Assembly: GCA_039715015.1 (NCBI GenBank)
Contig: JBDLIE010000028.1
Location: forward strand, 1 to 32,092
Source: Thermodesulfobacteriota bacterium
Lineage (GTDB): Bacteria > Desulfobacterota > Desulfobulbia > Desulfobulbales > SURF-16
Reading direction: 5' to 3'
DNA length: 32,092 nt
Shown: positions 29,412-32,092 of the stretch, piece after piece
How the letters are laid out: the number at the start of each line of letters is the position of its first letter
Position numbering within the stretch: position 1 is the stretch's first letter
Program-made: the position numbers and the translations under genes
The notes under the pieces: generated by a model
What the model was told of the DNA's origin: nothing
What the model saw: only the letters and a program-made list of their open reading frames with translations
Database searches by the model: none

Positions 29412-30170
29412 CTAGCGGGAAAAGCGTTTCAAGGCCCGTTTGCTGAAATAGGCCTCATCAATCTTCTCATCAAAGACGGCATGCTCAACAACGATTTCCG
29501 TCAGGTGGCCAGCCTTTTCCTCGTCCTTAGGTAACATCAGCCAGCGGGTGGGATAATAATGTGCACCAAAACTTTCCACCTCCAGATAGTCAAGTACACG
29601 GACAAGAATATCATCCTCATCATAGTAGCTTACCGTGGTGGGCAGATAATGTTTTTTGGAGATATGCATACGGATACGGCCCCAGACCACGGGTGCCTCT
29701 TCCCTGGCATGGAGGTCAAGGAAGTATTCTTTCTCATCCTCGCCAACCAGGGTGGCCTGGTAATCCTCAGAGATGGAACTCTCCCTCACCAGATCATCAT
29801 TTGAAAAATCGCTGCCCATCCAGCTTTGCAGCATCATAGAGGCCGGAATCTTAATGATTTTTTCTATGCGCGGCACATACTGCCACATGGCCTTATCCAC
29901 CTTGAGAAAGGTGATGCCTCGGTCTTTGCCCGGATAGGTAATCTTGATAAAACTTTTATCCTTACCGATGGACCAGCTATCCATCTTCATGGTTCGCTTG
30001 CTGCGTTTGGTCTGAACCACCATGGTGAACTGAAGATAGGCTGTCTCGCCGTTAAGATTGTCCTCCACCTTTTTGACGATATCATCAACAGAAGAGGCTG
30101 CCAGTGATGCTCCAGTGTTAAAAAAAAGGACATAAAATAATATCACCAGCACAATTTTTATATGGTTCAT
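29412..30170 (-). CDS. LolA-like periplasmic protein (outer membrane lipoprotein-sorting protein family)
   Basis: Signal peptide; P..DRG..FLK, MWQYVP, SWMGSDFSNDDL and a C-terminal 'FS.RAL' motif. Confidence 0.88.
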   Translation of the reverse strand: MNHIKIVLVILFYVLFFNTGASLAASSVDDIVKKVEDNLNGETAYLQFTMVVQTKRSKRTMKMDSWSIGKDKSFIKITYPGKDRGITFLKVDKAMWQYVPRIEKIIKIPASMMLQSWMGSDFSNDDLVRESSISEDYQATLVGEDEKEYFLDLHAREEAPVVWGRIRMHISKKHYLPTTVSYYDEDDILVRVLDYLEVESFGAHYYPTRWLMLPKDEEKAGHLTEIVVEHAVFDEKIDEAYFSKRALKRFSR

Positions 30171-30371
30171 AATTTTTCAACTCTCCTTCCTAATTCAGCG
30201 TCTTTTTCAAAAAATCTCCTTTATCCTAGCAAATTAGACGCCAAAGGCGAAGACTAAGAAGAGCAGCAAAGGACAAAGACTTTAGCTCTTGACCACGGAC
30301 AGGTTTTCACATTAGGTTTGGGAAAATACTCAGGTCTTCCCATATCTTTATACCATCAGGATGGACATGCC

Positions 30372-31361
30372 ATGAAGCTCTTCCGCTTAAAAACTATCGT
30401 TGTTGTTTCCAGCCTGTTGCTCATCATTGTACCGGCCTCTGCCGAAGAAATCTTAACCAACCGTTCAGTTGAGCGCATGGTTGCCGCCGGCTTAAGCCCT
30501 GACGTTGTCAGGGCAAAGATCAAGGGTACAAAGAGTAATTTTGATGTCTCCATTGATGAAATCCTGGACCTCAAAGAAAGGGGCGTTCCTGATGATATCA
30601 TCAAGGCCATGGTGGATGCGGCCGCCAACAAAAATATAGCGCCGCCACGAAATGATTATGACCAGGGCGGTCAGTATCATGAGCCAGGTCAACGATATGA
30701 GCCTAACACCAATTATTCCGGCGCCTATCGCCCCCAGGTAAAGGCTGATCCCATTGCCAAACTGACGAGTGATATCAACGAGGCCCAGACACTCAAAGAT
30801 AAAAGGGACTATAGCTGGAAGGGAAAGGCCCATGCCATAGCCGTTGCCCTGAAAACTATTTACCCATCCAACACCCACAATATAAAGTACTGGTGGGCCT
30901 ACACCCAGTATTCGGTGCTGGTGGAGAAAGAACACCATATATTAAAAGGCATCAAAAAGGTCCTCTATTTTGATGGCTACCACGAGGATGCCCTCATTCT
31001 TAAAGGGGACACCTCCTTTACGGCGGCCAAAGAGATGCGTCCCGGCGATGACAGCGGTGGCTTCAGCCAGGAAGACATGGCGGACGATGCCAAAAAGGCG
31101 TACAGAACGGCTCTGGAAATACCAAAGCTGTCTGCCGCCAAGAAATCAAAGGTCTATTATCAACTTGGCGAAATAGGAAAAGAGATAGGTAAAAGCAAAA
31201 CAAGGGCTAAAAAATATTGGCAAAAGGCCATGGACGAAGACCCCAAAGGCCACTGGGGACTCCTGGCTGCAGACAGATTGGGTCTTGTCCCAGAGGAAAA
31301 CAGCGAGCAATATCAGCCGCCACTTCAAAAACAACAAAGCCTGCAGGAACAACATCCTTGA
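30372..31361 (+). CDS. Secreted protein with an N-terminal helical domain and TPR-like repeats
   Basis: Signal peptide ending ASA. Helical repeats with TPR-like patterns (AKKAYRTALE, VYYQLGEI, AKKYWQKAMDEDP). Start reassigned to the ATG at 30372. Confidence 0.75.
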   Translation: MKLFRLKTIVVVSSLLLIIVPASAEEILTNRSVERMVAAGLSPDVVRAKIKGTKSNFDVSIDEILDLKERGVPDDIIKAMVDAAANKNIAPPRNDYDQGGQYHEPGQRYEPNTNYSGAYRPQVKADPIAKLTSDINEAQTLKDKRDYSWKGKAHAIAVALKTIYPSNTHNIKYWWAYTQYSVLVEKEHHILKGIKKVLYFDGYHEDALILKGDTSFTAAKEMRPGDDSGGFSQEDMADDAKKAYRTALEIPKLSAAKKSKVYYQLGEIGKEIGKSKTRAKKYWQKAMDEDPKGHWGLLAADRLGLVPEENSEQYQPPLQKQQSLQEQHP

Positions 31362-31382
31362 ACTCTCAAGGAGTTCATATGT

Positions 31383-31423
31383 AAAAACTCAGCGCCCGCG
31401 GCTAACCTGGGCGTTTAGTTTTT
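31383..31423. terminator. Probable bidirectional terminator between convergent genes
   Basis: AAAAACT-C-AGCGCCC ... GGGCGTT-T-AGTTTTT stem with A and T tracts on either side. Confidence 0.6.
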
Positions 31424-31978
31424 GCACGAACGATACACCAGCCCAGCTGCCACCTGCTCGGCCATCATTTTCCCTGCCAACGTATCCACCAGGGCCAAAG
31501 CAAATTCCATGGCCGTGCCCGGTCCTTTACTGGTCATGATTTGACCGTCGGCAACCACCATATCATCTACCGCTTGGCTGGCGGCAAGAAGCTTATCTTC
31601 CAAGCCAGGATAGATGGCGACCTTTTTGTTGGCAAGCAGTCCGGCCTTTTCAAGGACCAAAGGCGCTGCACAGATTGCGCTGACAAGGCGGCTTTGGCCG
31701 GCATGTCTTATCAAAATATCCCGAACATCATCCGAGGCCAGCAGATTATTCGTGCCTCCCATGCCCCCTGGCAGAATCACCGCATCAAAGAGTTTCTCCG
31801 TGACATCGGCAAGGGATGTATCGGCCTTAATCTCAATGGCATGGGCACCTTTGACCAGCAGCGATTCCTTTAAGCTTGCTGAGGTGACTTCAATATTACC
31901 GCGACGCAAAATATCGACAATGGTCACCGCCTCGGTCTCTTCAAAGCCCGGGGCCAATATAATCAGTGCTGTCTTCAT
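31415..31978 (-). CDS. DJ-1/YajL/ThiJ family protein
   Basis: GFEETE, DILRR, LPGG, AICAAP (nucleophile Cys) and TSKGPGTA motifs. Confidence 0.93.
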   Translation of the reverse strand: MKTALIILAPGFEETEAVTIVDILRRGNIEVTSASLKESLLVKGAHAIEIKADTSLADVTEKLFDAVILPGGMGGTNNLLASDDVRDILIRHAGQSRLVSAICAAPLVLEKAGLLANKKVAIYPGLEDKLLAASQAVDDMVVADGQIMTSKGPGTAMEFALALVDTLAGKMMAEQVAAGLVYRSCKN

Positions 31979-31998
31979 GGATGCCTACTCAACAAAAA

Positions 31999-32092
31999 GG
32001 TTCATCACGGATTACCGTGGGAAGGTCTGTTGTTTGTATTGTTTTTCTTGCTTCGAATGTTGTTTCGTTCATTTTTGCTTGCCCAAAAACGA
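31999..32092. mobile_element. Second MITE-like copy, truncated by the window end
   Basis: Begins with the same GGTTCATCACGGATTAC end and matches the element at 14807 at 66 of the first 72 nt. Preceded by an A-rich 8-mer (AACAAAAA). Confidence 0.88.

Overview
Mostly housekeeping and cell-envelope chromosomal DNA from a diderm bacterium. Gene content and order suggest Desulfobacterota, possibly Desulfobulbales (inference, not searched). In order: tRNA-Arg(CCG), an MMPL/RND transporter divergent from an MlaC-like gene, tilS, galU-priA, def-fmt-larC-pgpA, pyrF, a short AMP-nucleosidase-like gene plus an amidohydrolase, pyrG-kdsA-kdsC-lptC, a nine-heme cytochrome c lipoprotein overlapping rlpA, a hybrid sensor kinase, a five-gene LolA-like/ABC/outer-membrane-barrel module, a TPR-like secreted protein and a DJ-1/YajL gene. 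The most notable non-genic signal is a 374-bp non-coding mobile element (14807-15180). It has terminal inverted repeats, an exact 8-bp target-site duplication and an extensively base-paired interior with a possible pseudoknot. A second, diverged copy begins at 31999 and runs off the window end. Two CACAGAG-type palindromic repeats are also present. I found no CRISPR array, prophage, transposase or defence system. All calls come from reading motifs by eye.
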